Source of the DNA: Klebsiella phage KP182
Sequence record: OM337876.1
DNA: 64,000 nucleotides
Reading direction: 5' to 3' (one strand)
The notes beneath the pieces are model-generated. The model was given only the letters and a program-made list of their open reading frames with translations, was not told the origin of the DNA and searched no databases. Shown piece by piece: positions 29,455 to 38,391 of this stretch (the first letter of the stretch is position 1; every line of letters starts with the position of its first letter). Both the position numbers and the translations under genes were made by a program.

Positions 29455-29804
29455 CTGGTAGCCTCCTGGATATCTTCTGCAAACTTATTGAAGCTTGCAT
29501 TAATCTGTTTTTCAACTAATCCAGGTTTGGCTGCAACTACGTTTCCACGCTTAGAATCTTTATTCATCTTAGCGTTAGAAGTATCACGAGCTGCTCGGTT
29601 TTCCTGATAGCCTTTATATGTTGTCTGCAGATTTTTTATAGAAACACCGATATTTTCTATTTCTTTTGCTTGTCGATCAGATTCATCTTGGACGACTTTG
29701 AGGTCAGCTTTAAGATTTTCTACCCGCCAGGAAAGATATTTCAATCCTCCTGCGGATAATGCTAACACCCCAATCAATAACCAAGTTGTGTTTATTTTGA
29801 GCAT
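29451..29804 (-). CDS. Inner-membrane spanin (i-spanin; T4 PseT.3 equivalent)
   Basis: N-terminal TM helix followed by a coiled-coil periplasmic domain; 117 aa. Confidence 0.7.
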   Translation of the reverse strand: MLKINTTWLLIGVLALSAGGLKYLSWRVENLKADLKVVQDESDRQAKEIENIGVSIKNLQTTYKGYQENRAARDTSNAKMNKDSKRGNVVAAKPGLVEKQINASFNKFAEDIQEATR

Positions 29805-30301
29805 AGTTTAAGGATAACCTCTACGATATCATCACGGGATAATCCCGAAATGAGGATGTGACGATCAGAACTTTCTGAAGGAGAACACTTGAAGCAAGCT
29901 TCTACATATTCTGCCATCTCAGAATAATTAAGCTCGCGATGCATAATGCCAAGACGATGCTTGCCATAAATCGGGTCAACGATTACATAGCATTTGCATC
30001 CGTTAGCATGAACGTTTGGCTGGGTGATGTTCTTGAACACCTCTGCACCATACTTCGCGAGATGATTATCTAGGAAATCAATCATTTCATCTACGGCTTC
30101 AGGAAGGGCTTCGGCACGCTGCTCGTTCACACGATTAGTGTACTCTTTTTGCTTCTTACGAGCAGCTTCCTTGCGCGCCATGTGCGTCCGTAGGTCAGTG
30201 ACGAACCCCACCTTCTTGGTGCCATTCCACACAAAAATCCCATCAGAATGAGTACCATATTTGTTAACAACCATATCTAAAGTAATTGCTTGCATGTCCA
30301 T
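29792..30301 (-). CDS. alc: Alc, inhibitor of host (cytosine-DNA) transcription
   Basis: 169 aa (T4 Alc is 167 aa), N-terminus 'M...AITL.M.VNK.GTHSDGIFVWNG.KKVGFVTD'; T4 map position. Confidence 0.75.
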   Translation of the reverse strand: MDMQAITLDMVVNKYGTHSDGIFVWNGTKKVGFVTDLRTHMARKEAARKKQKEYTNRVNEQRAEALPEAVDEMIDFLDNHLAKYGAEVFKNITQPNVHANGCKCYVIVDPIYGKHRLGIMHRELNYSEMAEYVEACFKCSPSESSDRHILISGLSRDDIVEVILKLCSK

Positions 30302-30330
30302 TTCAATATCCTCATCAGTTGATATAAGTC

Positions 30331-30361
30331 TATAGTATCACACTCTGATGAGGATGTAAAC
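30331..30361 (-). promoter_or_regulatory. T4 early-type promoter for alc, embedded in an 11-bp perfect inverted repeat (30308-30318 / 30345-30355)
   Basis: + strand tatagtatcac ... gtaaac. The 30308-30318 arm contains the alc RBS GAGGA. Confidence 0.55.
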
Positions 30362-30363
30362 AA

Positions 30364-31515
30364 CTATTCTTCAGAAATTTCAATTTCCTTTTCGTACTCT
30401 TTTGGAACATATCCTGCCCAGTACTTCAAGAACACCCTTTCGAGGTCTTTAAGCAGTTTATCTACATCTACAGTTCCTTCGTACATGTTCATGATAACAC
30501 CAAAAAGATGGCGCTGATTAACCGTTGCTTTCTGAGCAGCAATAGCGTAGTCTTTACGAGCACGACCTCTGTATTCATCATAGAATGACTGACACAGCTC
30601 AAGTGACTTTCCGAGGTAATCTAGATAAGCTTGCTCAAACGCAGAAATTTTATTAATTGCGTATTCGTCTCCAGCAAAAAGAGAACGCAAGTCATCGGAA
30701 TTTGCAGATACGACAGACGCAAACAGTCTTTCATTTGACGTTATTGAGTCTTTAGTGTGATGAAGAGCAGAATACCATTCGGTTTTAACCTTAAATCTCT
30801 GCCCAGTGTTTAGAACTGCAATGTACCCTTCTACGCCTTCAAGTTCACGAACACCTTCAACCCAAGTAGTGGGGTCAGAAATTCCGTAAGCATTAATTAA
30901 ATAAGGACGAATCTTAGCATTAGCGTACAAATCATCATATTTAATATACTCGCCAGTTGCGTTATTACGGACGTTTAACACAAACAGCTGTGGCTCCTGA
31001 TACGCTAAAACAACGCGATTATTAGGTGAAACAAATTCCATGTTTACCGTATAACCATCTAGCGCTAGCTCAAGAATAACCTGATGAAGCGAAGAATATT
31101 CTTCACTGTTAAGCAAAGCTGAAGCTTGTCTTGCCTGGTCACTGTAGAGCGATGTTTTTGACTTAAGGTATAGATACCCATCATCGACATAAGATGATAC
31201 TAGAGAGCCATCAGCCTTATCCATAATGTATTCTACATCGCTAATATCAATTCCCATCGTTAATGGGTTTTCATTCAAATTAAAGAACTTTTCCATCGGC
31301 CGCGAAGCAATTCGAATTGGGGCATCGCCATCCATCTCAAACATGATACCGCGGCATTCGAGAGCATCGGGTTTTAACCACTCGCTGTAGCTTGCATAGT
31401 GATATGAAAACACTCTGAACTTACCATCCATAGGACCGGTAAAATCTTTATAAAAGAATTTTGCAACTTCTGAGCTTTCACATAGATTCATTAAATTTTT
31501 ATATAGCTCTAACAT
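30364..31515 (-). CDS. rnlA: RNA ligase 1 (gp63)
   Basis: 383 aa, colinear with T4 Rnl1 ('PDALECRGIMFEMDG...RIASRPMEKFFNLNENP'). Confidence 0.93.
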   Translation of the reverse strand: MLELYKNLMNLCESSEVAKFFYKDFTGPMDGKFRVFSYHYASYSEWLKPDALECRGIMFEMDGDAPIRIASRPMEKFFNLNENPLTMGIDISDVEYIMDKADGSLVSSYVDDGYLYLKSKTSLYSDQARQASALLNSEEYSSLHQVILELALDGYTVNMEFVSPNNRVVLAYQEPQLFVLNVRNNATGEYIKYDDLYANAKIRPYLINAYGISDPTTWVEGVRELEGVEGYIAVLNTGQRFKVKTEWYSALHHTKDSITSNERLFASVVSANSDDLRSLFAGDEYAINKISAFEQAYLDYLGKSLELCQSFYDEYRGRARKDYAIAAQKATVNQRHLFGVIMNMYEGTVDVDKLLKDLERVFLKYWAGYVPKEYEKEIEISEE

Positions 31516-31925
31516 TTCTTTACCTTATGTTGTGTGTTCCATGGAGGATTGAACTTCTTAATCAGAAGTGGTTCTTCCAAGTCCATAGTGGATATTGACA
31601 TCTCGCCAAGTTCATTATTAATCAAAAGATTAAAACACTGACGAGCATAGAACTCTACTTTTTTGCCAGCCATTAGTGCTTCAAAAATCTTGGCAGATTT
31701 AGCTGAATCAGAGGTTTGGTCTTTCCGATTAATAGCAGTTCTATAATAATTTATACGTTTACGAAGATTTTTAGTCTTACCAATGTAAACTAGTTCATCA
31801 TCAACTGCGATGGCATAAACTACATTCAACTTGTTTGCTATCAGAATTGGTTTGATGGTAAAATCTGGTTCTAACTCAAGTTGAACATATTTTATAAAAG
31901 AAAACTCGTTAGCAATATCATTCAT
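31509..31925 (-). CDS. denA: Endonuclease II (GIY-YIG family)
   Basis: 138 aa; 'VYAIA..DELVYIGKTKNLRKRINYYR' is nearly identical to T4 DenA. Confidence 0.9.
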   Translation of the reverse strand: MNDIANEFSFIKYVQLELEPDFTIKPILIANKLNVVYAIAVDDELVYIGKTKNLRKRINYYRTAINRKDQTSDSAKSAKIFEALMAGKKVEFYARQCFNLLINNELGEMSISTMDLEEPLLIKKFNPPWNTQHKVKKC

Positions 31926-31952
31926 AATAAAGAGGGGCCGAAGCCCCTTTCC

Positions 31953-33095
31953 TTATAAGTACTTTTTAAATCCAATTAGAACATCATCAGTGACATCATT
32001 GTCAATCTGAGCTACCAGATAAGAACTTATCTCAACTTCCTGAGGAGCAGATTGGACTGCGTCAGAGTTAAGATATTCACGAATCCAAGGAATAGGATGT
32101 CGAGTTGGTGCATCAGTAATCGGACAAGGAAGACCACAACTACGCATACGAGATACAGTCAGATAGTCAATGAAGTCATGAAGAATTTTAACGTTCAGTC
32201 CCGGAAGACCACCGTTGCGGAAAAGATGGATAGCCCAATCTTTTTCTTGGCGGTTAACTTCCATGAAGATTTTAATTGCTTCTTGTTCACACTCTTTAGC
32301 AATCTCAACCCATTCTTCGCCATCAGTGCCAGTTTGAAGTTGACGCAGAATGTACTGTGTGCCCTTCAAATGAAGTTGTTCATCACGAGCAATGAACTTC
32401 ATGATTTTAGCATTACCTTCCATGATTTCCATATTTTTATGGAAGTTGAAGGTACATGCAAAACTAACATAGAAACGAATAGCTTCTAATGCGTTAATAA
32501 CATGTAAGCAAAGATAAAGAGATTTCATTAAATCACGTTTAGCTTCTTTAATTTCGATATTATCTTGATTAAAGCAGCGATTTTTGGCATTTTCCCATGC
32601 GCGAGTCTTCGCTATAACATCATCATAGTAAACACCAATTGACTCAGCGCGTTTCATGATTGCTTCGTCAAGAACGATTTCATCAAAGATTTTAGCTGGG
32701 TCTACATATAGGTTACGCATGATATGCGTGTACGAACGGCTGTGAATAGTTTCACTGAACGTCCAAGTCTGGTTCCAAGTATCTAGGCTTGGGTCAGAAA
32801 TAAGTGCAGATAAAACTGCTGCTGGAGCTCGTCCTTGAATTGAATCAAGAAGAGATTGGTACTTCAAGTTATCAGTGAAGATATTACGCTGATGTTCTGG
32901 GAGTTTTTCAAACTGACCACGGTCCATCATAACGTTAACTTCTTCAGGACGCCAGAAGAAACTCAACTGCTTCTCAATGAGTTCCTCGAATACTTTATGA
33001 CGCTGAATATCATAACGCGCAATTCCTAGACCAGAACCAAAGAACATCGGTTCGGTCATGATATCTACTTGCTTGGTATTAAAAACTGTACTCAT
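31953..33095 (-). CDS. nrdB: Ribonucleotide reductase small subunit (intronless)
   Basis: 380 aa continuous ORF; no intron or HEG interruption, unlike T4. Confidence 0.95.
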   Translation of the reverse strand: MSTVFNTKQVDIMTEPMFFGSGLGIARYDIQRHKVFEELIEKQLSFFWRPEEVNVMMDRGQFEKLPEHQRNIFTDNLKYQSLLDSIQGRAPAAVLSALISDPSLDTWNQTWTFSETIHSRSYTHIMRNLYVDPAKIFDEIVLDEAIMKRAESIGVYYDDVIAKTRAWENAKNRCFNQDNIEIKEAKRDLMKSLYLCLHVINALEAIRFYVSFACTFNFHKNMEIMEGNAKIMKFIARDEQLHLKGTQYILRQLQTGTDGEEWVEIAKECEQEAIKIFMEVNRQEKDWAIHLFRNGGLPGLNVKILHDFIDYLTVSRMRSCGLPCPITDAPTRHPIPWIREYLNSDAVQSAPQEVEISSYLVAQIDNDVTDDVLIGFKKYL

Positions 33096-33151
33096 TCTAT
33101 TTCCTATTCTGTGGTGTTAACCATCCGTGGTCTAATTATAATTCCTTTTTA

Positions 33152-35398
33152 TTAAAGCTTACAGGCCGCGCAGTCAGCAGAATCTTGAATCATATCATCG
33201 TTACCAGAACCATCACGGGTGTTATGATAGTAAAGAGTCTTACCGCCAAAGTACCAGAAATAAAGCAAGTCGTCCATCATTACCGACATTTCAACTTTGC
33301 CTTTAGGGAAATTCGCCGGGTCGTAATAAGTATTAGCAGAGATGCTTTGGTCAACAAATTTCTGCATAATCAGAACTTGGTTCAGATAAGGCTTATTACC
33401 CTGTTTCGCGAGCTGCCAGGCATAATCATAAAGGGAAGCATTGTGTTCAACGTTTGGAACGACTTGGTTGAAACTTCCTTCTTTTGATTCTTTAACTGAC
33501 ACTGGTCCACGTGGTGGTTCAATACCGTTGGTAGAGTTTGATACCTGGCTTGACGATTCGCATGGCATAAGCGCAGATAGCGTTGAATTTCGGATACCGT
33601 ATCGCTTGAGGTCTTCTCGCAGGAGTTCCCAATCACAGACATAGTTTGGGGCTGCGAGTTGGTCAATCCTTTCATTGTACCAATCAATAGGCAGTTCACC
33701 ACGTCCGTATCGTGTTTCTTTGTAAAGCGTGCACGGACCTTTTTCGCTAGCAAGTTTAACCGAGGCTTTGATGAGTGCATATTGAATACGTTCCATCATT
33801 TCGTGAGTAATATCATTAGCATCTGCGTATGAAGCAAAGTTGCTTGCTAACCAAGCTGCATAGTTAGTAATACCAACACCTAGTGCTCGACGGTCTTTAG
33901 CTTTTAATGCTTTGTTTACAGGATAGTCTTGGTAATCCAAAAGGTTATCCAAAGCCCTTACCATTACTTCTGCGATTTCGTTAACTTCTTCTTGGTCTTG
34001 CCAGTTAAAGTTGTCGAGTACGAATGCTGCGAGTGTACATAGCGCGATTTCGCCATCTTCTTGGCCAACATCCGAAGTTGGTAACGCAATTTCGAGGCAG
34101 AGGTTTGATTGCTTAACCGTAGCCACATCACGAATAAAAGGACCATATTCACCAACGTTATCTACCATGTACGGGTAAATTCGAGCAGTACCAGCACGTT
34201 CAGTAAGGAACAACTCAAACAGTTCACGAGCTTTAATACGTTTCTTTCTTATATCTGGGTTCTTTTCCAGTTCTTCATATAATGTACGGAACGCTTGAGC
34301 ATCACGGAAATATTCGGTGTACAAAGTCCCCAAGCATACATCGGGACTAAACAGAGTGATGTAATCATTCTTAATCAAACGTTCAATCATCAGGTTATTA
34401 ATCTGAACGCCATAATCTAAATGACGAATACGGTTTTCATCTACACCTTTGTTGTTCTTAAGTACGAGGAGGTTTTCAACTTCCAAGTGCCAGATTGGAT
34501 AGTACAGTGTCGCCGCCCCGCCGCGGACTCCACCTTGGGAGCAGGACTTAACTGCGGTTTGGAAGTGTTTCCAGAAAGGAATAACACCAGTATGCTTGAC
34601 TTCACCGAATCCAATTTTTGATCCTTCTGCACGAATCATCCCCGCATTAATACCAATACCAGCACGCTTACTAATGTATTTCGTAATTGATGCAGCGGCT
34701 TCGTTAATTGAATTAAGACTATCACCACCTTCAATAACCACACATGAACTGAACTGGCGTGTCGGAGTACGAACACCAGACATAATTGGCGTTGGCAATG
34801 AAATCTTTTTAGTAGAAACTGCATCATAGAAACGAATAACGTTTGCTAAACGATTTTCGCCATCATCTTGGTGCAAGCACATGCCGATCAGCATAAAAGC
34901 AAATTGTGGAGTTTCATACAATTCACCAGTGTGACGGTCTTTTACGAGATACTTCTCAATAAGCTGCATTGTTCCAGCATAAGTCATAGTGAAATCACGC
35001 TCATGCTTAATATAAGAATCAAGCAAAGTAATTTCTTCCGCAGACCACTTACTTAGAATTTCTTTATCGTACTTGTTTGCGTTAACGCATCGGGAAATGT
35101 GGTCAATAAATGCAGGCGGTTCAAACTGTCCATAAACACGTTTACGGATTTCAAACATGGCTGCATTGGATGCTACATATTGATAATCTGGCTCATCAAT
35201 AGAAATGCTATTCGCTGCTACCTTAACGATAGTCTTCTGGATATCTGCAGTGCTCATGCCATCACGCAGATGGGATTTAATAATTTCATACAACTCGTAT
35301 GGGTCTACTTTAGTTCCTTCGCATGCCCATTCGAGGACTTTAATGATTTTCTGCATGTCAAATTCTTGACTAACACCTGAGCTCTTAATTACTTGCAT
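33152..35398 (-). CDS. nrdA: Ribonucleotide reductase large subunit
   Basis: 748 aa class Ia NrdA. Confidence 0.96.
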   Translation of the reverse strand: MQVIKSSGVSQEFDMQKIIKVLEWACEGTKVDPYELYEIIKSHLRDGMSTADIQKTIVKVAANSISIDEPDYQYVASNAAMFEIRKRVYGQFEPPAFIDHISRCVNANKYDKEILSKWSAEEITLLDSYIKHERDFTMTYAGTMQLIEKYLVKDRHTGELYETPQFAFMLIGMCLHQDDGENRLANVIRFYDAVSTKKISLPTPIMSGVRTPTRQFSSCVVIEGGDSLNSINEAAASITKYISKRAGIGINAGMIRAEGSKIGFGEVKHTGVIPFWKHFQTAVKSCSQGGVRGGAATLYYPIWHLEVENLLVLKNNKGVDENRIRHLDYGVQINNLMIERLIKNDYITLFSPDVCLGTLYTEYFRDAQAFRTLYEELEKNPDIRKKRIKARELFELFLTERAGTARIYPYMVDNVGEYGPFIRDVATVKQSNLCLEIALPTSDVGQEDGEIALCTLAAFVLDNFNWQDQEEVNEIAEVMVRALDNLLDYQDYPVNKALKAKDRRALGVGITNYAAWLASNFASYADANDITHEMMERIQYALIKASVKLASEKGPCTLYKETRYGRGELPIDWYNERIDQLAAPNYVCDWELLREDLKRYGIRNSTLSALMPCESSSQVSNSTNGIEPPRGPVSVKESKEGSFNQVVPNVEHNASLYDYAWQLAKQGNKPYLNQVLIMQKFVDQSISANTYYDPANFPKGKVEMSVMMDDLLYFWYFGGKTLYYHNTRDGSGNDDMIQDSADCAACKL

Positions 35399-35423
35399 AA
35401 GTCCTCTGTAGTAAGTTACCCCA

Positions 35424-35431
35424 TATAAATA
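35424..35431 (+). promoter_or_regulatory. T4 late promoter TATAAATA for the HEG
   Basis: Exact match 20 nt upstream of RBS AGGAGA and ATG 35452; I-TevI in T4 is also late-expressed. Confidence 0.6.
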
Positions 35432-35451
35432 TAATTATATAGGAGAATATA

Positions 35452-36183
35452 ATGGAATCTGGAATATATGTTATTATAAACACTAAAACTAATAAGCACT
35501 ATATAGGAAGTGCAATTAATTTTGAAGAACGATGGAAACGACACTTTAAAGATTTAGATAATGGAAATCACCATTCAATAAAGTTGCAACGCTCTTATAA
35601 TAAGCATGGGAAAGATGCTTTCGTATGTAAAATCATAGAAGAACTTCCATACGAAAAGTCTATCATCATTGAACGCGAAAACTATTGGATGCGTGAATAT
35701 GACTCAAAGGAAAATGGATATAACATAGCAGACGCATCGTTTGGAGATACCTTATCTAATCATCCAAGAAAGCAAGAAATCCTCAATAAGATTTCAAACG
35801 CGATAAAAGATAATAATTCAAAATTATCGTCAGAAGAACTCAAGCGCAAGCATGGTAGGCCAAGCAGTATTAAAGGCAAAACTATAGAAGAGCAATACGG
35901 CTTAGAACGTGCAATAGAAATAAGCAAAAAGTTCCAAGAAAGAAATACCACGCTTAATATGAAAGGCAATAATAATCCATATTATGGGAAGACACATACC
36001 GATGAAGCCAGAAAACGAATTTCTGACTCACAAAGAGGTAAAAAGAAACCCCATCTAAGAGTAAGTATAGATGGGGTAGAATATCCAACAATTGCTGAAG
36101 CGGTTAGGCTTACTGGAATAAGCAGAAAGCTTATAACTAAAAGGTGCTCACTTGATTGCTGGGAAACATATTTATACTGCTAA
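35452..36183 (+). CDS. GIY-YIG homing endonuclease, full-length I-TevI homologue (free-standing, opposite strand to neighbours)
   Basis: 243 aa; 'SGIY.I.NT.NK.Y.GSA..FE.RWKRHFKDL..G.H.SIKLQRS.NKHG', 'IIERENFW/YW', 'NGYNIADA.FGDT' match I-TevI; C-terminal NUMOD3-like repeats and HTH ('AEAVRLTGISRKL'). Confidence 0.88.
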   Translation: MESGIYVIINTKTNKHYIGSAINFEERWKRHFKDLDNGNHHSIKLQRSYNKHGKDAFVCKIIEELPYEKSIIIERENYWMREYDSKENGYNIADASFGDTLSNHPRKQEILNKISNAIKDNNSKLSSEELKRKHGRPSSIKGKTIEEQYGLERAIEISKKFQERNTTLNMKGNNNPYYGKTHTDEARKRISDSQRGKKKPHLRVSIDGVEYPTIAEAVRLTGISRKLITKRCSLDCWETYLYC

Positions 36184-37055
36184 ACTGCCATTTTCCCCTT
36201 AATTGTTGGGTGAGATTTATATCCTTTAAGAACAAAGTCAGATGGTTTCATCATTCCTGTAACCCAAGCTAATTGTTCTTCTGTTGTTAATTCATGAAAT
36301 TCTTTATCTTTTACTGGAGGCCAATAATTAATTTCAAGTTCACAAAGTTCTTTCGGTTCTCGACGCAAGATTTCTTTACACTGCTCAATATGGTTCAGAT
36401 AAATGTGAGTGTTACCACCAGTGAATACCAAATGCCCAGGTTTAAGATTTGTCATTTTAGCAATGATATGAACTAGTGCTGCATATGACGCAATATTGAA
36501 GGGGAGGCCAAGGAATACATCTACAGAACGCTGATACCATTGGAGGTCAAGATGCCCCTGACGAACGTTAAATTGATACAGCAAATGACATGGTGGCAAT
36601 GCCATCTTATCCAAATCAACCGGGTTCCATGCAGTCACAATCTGACGACGGTCATACGGAAGTTGCTTGATACGGTCAATGATCAATTTCAGTTGGTCAA
36701 CACCCATGAAATCTCGCCATTGCTTACCATACACAGGACCTAACTCACCGCCAGAATATCCCATGTCTTTAGCTTGATTTTCATAATTGTCGTCCCATAC
36801 AGTTTTGCCTTCGAGCAATGAACCATGCTGAATAAGACGCAATTCATGGACATTAGTAGACCCTTGCAAGAACCAAAGCATCTCTGCAATACACGCTTTC
36901 CACGCAAGACGCTTGGTAGTTACTGCCGGAAATCCCTCTTGTAAATCAAACCGATGTTGAGTACCAAACTTTGCAATAGTACCGGTACCAGTACGGTCAT
37001 CCGTCTCATAGCCGTTTTCAAAAATGTCTTTAATTAATTCTTGGTATTCACGCAT
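36180..37055 (-). CDS. td: Thymidylate synthase (intronless)
   Basis: Colinear with T4 Td from 'MREYQELIKDIFENGYETDDRTGTGT'; single continuous ORF, so the tracked 311-aa N-terminal extension is likely not translated. Confidence 0.93.
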   Translation of the reverse strand: MREYQELIKDIFENGYETDDRTGTGTIAKFGTQHRFDLQEGFPAVTTKRLAWKACIAEMLWFLQGSTNVHELRLIQHGSLLEGKTVWDDNYENQAKDMGYSGGELGPVYGKQWRDFMGVDQLKLIIDRIKQLPYDRRQIVTAWNPVDLDKMALPPCHLLYQFNVRQGHLDLQWYQRSVDVFLGLPFNIASYAALVHIIAKMTNLKPGHLVFTGGNTHIYLNHIEQCKEILRREPKELCELEINYWPPVKDKEFHELTTEEQLAWVTGMMKPSDFVLKGYKSHPTIKGKMAV

Positions 37056-37365
37056 TAAATTTTTCCTGAAGAGGTGTAAAGAAAAGCTGATTCCCACGCT
37101 TTTCAAATCGCCCAATAATAGACACTACATCATCTTTGACCATCACATTGCCATGTGACATTCCGATGAACATCTTCTTATAATCACGTTCAATTTCAAT
37201 AGGTATATTTCCATTTCGGTTATATACTGTAGTTGAACCGTTATAAGTGCTAAGACCATTATAACTGAAAACTAGAAGATGAATACCATGCTTAAATGGA
37301 AATCTTTTCCACTTCTTTTGGACTTTGTCTTCTGATAGCTGAGTGATATCATAGTTTGCGCTCAT
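37048..37365 (-). CDS. Hypothetical protein (105 aa) inserted between frd and td
   Basis: ORF; in T4, frd and td overlap directly. Confidence 0.5.
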   Translation of the reverse strand: MSANYDITQLSEDKVQKKWKRFPFKHGIHLLVFSYNGLSTYNGSTTVYNRNGNIPIEIERDYKKMFIGMSHGNVMVKDDVVSIIGRFEKRGNQLFFTPLQEKFNA

Positions 37366-37948
37366 AGACCACCTCTGAAATGTTAGTCACTTCATCAATA
37401 TGATACCAATGATTTTCAATAACTTTAAACCCAGAGTTTTCATAGGTTGGAGCCACTACAAACGCAATAGGCAGAGTGACATCAGAATTCACTCTATGAC
37501 TTTTTCTGATGATTGTTTGGATAACCTTATCTGCGTATGGATATGCCTTCTGGATGATTCCGGCACCGCCTATCACTGAATATTTTTCATTACGATTAAA
37601 GATAATAGTCAGGTTATACGATGTATGAGCGGCAAGGTGTTCACCACCTAAAAATTCCATAAATTCTTCTTCACTAGCATACGCGTCAGCAAAAAATCCG
37701 TTTTTAGCTGTTGCCAGGTCTCGATTCATATCCTGGATAACGATTGTCTTACGCCCAGGAAGAGGTTCAGGAAAACTCATAAAAGTCTTTGCTCCGCAAA
37801 TCAAGATAGTATCTCGAGTACGATTAGCAAAGTTTTTCATGTCCTGGGAAATATGTTTCCATGGAAGACCATCGCCTAAGCCGAAAGCATTTTCATTTTT
37901 GCCGTCTACAGTTTTTGTAGGAGCAAAGGCATAAACTATTTGAATCAT
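37349..37948 (-). CDS. frd: Dihydrofolate reductase
   Basis: 199 aa; 'PTKTVDG.NE.AFGLGDGLPW' matches T4 Frd. Confidence 0.92.
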   Translation of the reverse strand: MIQIVYAFAPTKTVDGKNENAFGLGDGLPWKHISQDMKNFANRTRDTILICGAKTFMSFPEPLPGRKTIVIQDMNRDLATAKNGFFADAYASEEEFMEFLGGEHLAAHTSYNLTIIFNRNEKYSVIGGAGIIQKAYPYADKVIQTIIRKSHRVNSDVTLPIAFVVAPTYENSGFKVIENHWYHIDEVTNISEVVYERKL

Positions 37949-38051
37949 TTAGACCTCAGCAAAATTTAGACATATAAAAATAATCCTAATATAACGCCGC
38001 TAATAAAAGCGGCAGTAACAGAAATTAACAAAACTACTAATTCAGCCTCAA

Positions 38052-38330
38052 TCATTTCTTGGCCTTAGCAAGTTTAAATGCTTTTTTGAATTCTTCAACA
38101 TCTTCAACAGGAATCCAGAAGCCTGAGCCATACCCATCTTCATAGCATGGGCAGTTATCACAGTAATCATTCCAATAGACAGTTTCACCACCCATAGTGA
38201 ATGGAGCTTCCATTTGGCATAATACTTCTTCAACACGCTCTAATTCTTCTGGGTTTTTATCGCAAATGCAGAAATTCCATTTACCACGATATTCAGAACC
38301 AAGTTTGATGCTTTGACGTTGAAGTTTCAT
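38052..38330 (-). CDS. Cys-rich hypothetical protein (92 aa), frd.x position
   Basis: 'CICDK...CDNCPCYEDG' motif. Confidence 0.5.
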   Translation of the reverse strand: MKLQRQSIKLGSEYRGKWNFCICDKNPEELERVEEVLCQMEAPFTMGGETVYWNDYCDNCPCYEDGYGSGFWIPVEDVEEFKKAFKLAKAKK

Positions 38331-38358
38331 TTTTTTATTCTCCAGTAGATTATGGAGC

Positions 38359-38389
38359 TATACTATCACAAGCATAGCTCCGTGTAAAC
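38359..38389 (-). promoter_or_regulatory. T4 early-type promoter flanked by 8-bp inverted repeat GGAGCTAT/ATAGCTCC
   Basis: + strand tatactatcac ... gtaaac. Confidence 0.5.
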
Positions 38390-38391
38390 AG

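Larger units (their letters stand above)
35415..36183 (+). mobile_element. Free-standing homing endonuclease gene cassette (promoter + HEG) inserted between nrdA and td
   Basis: Opposite orientation to all neighbours, own late promoter, tightly abutting the td stop (36180-36183). Confidence 0.7.

Noticed and set aside
31953-37055. Looked for group I introns in nrdB and td (T4 has them)
   Set aside because: Both are single uninterrupted ORFs colinear with the spliced T4 proteins. The only homing-endonuclease gene is free-standing between nrdA and td.
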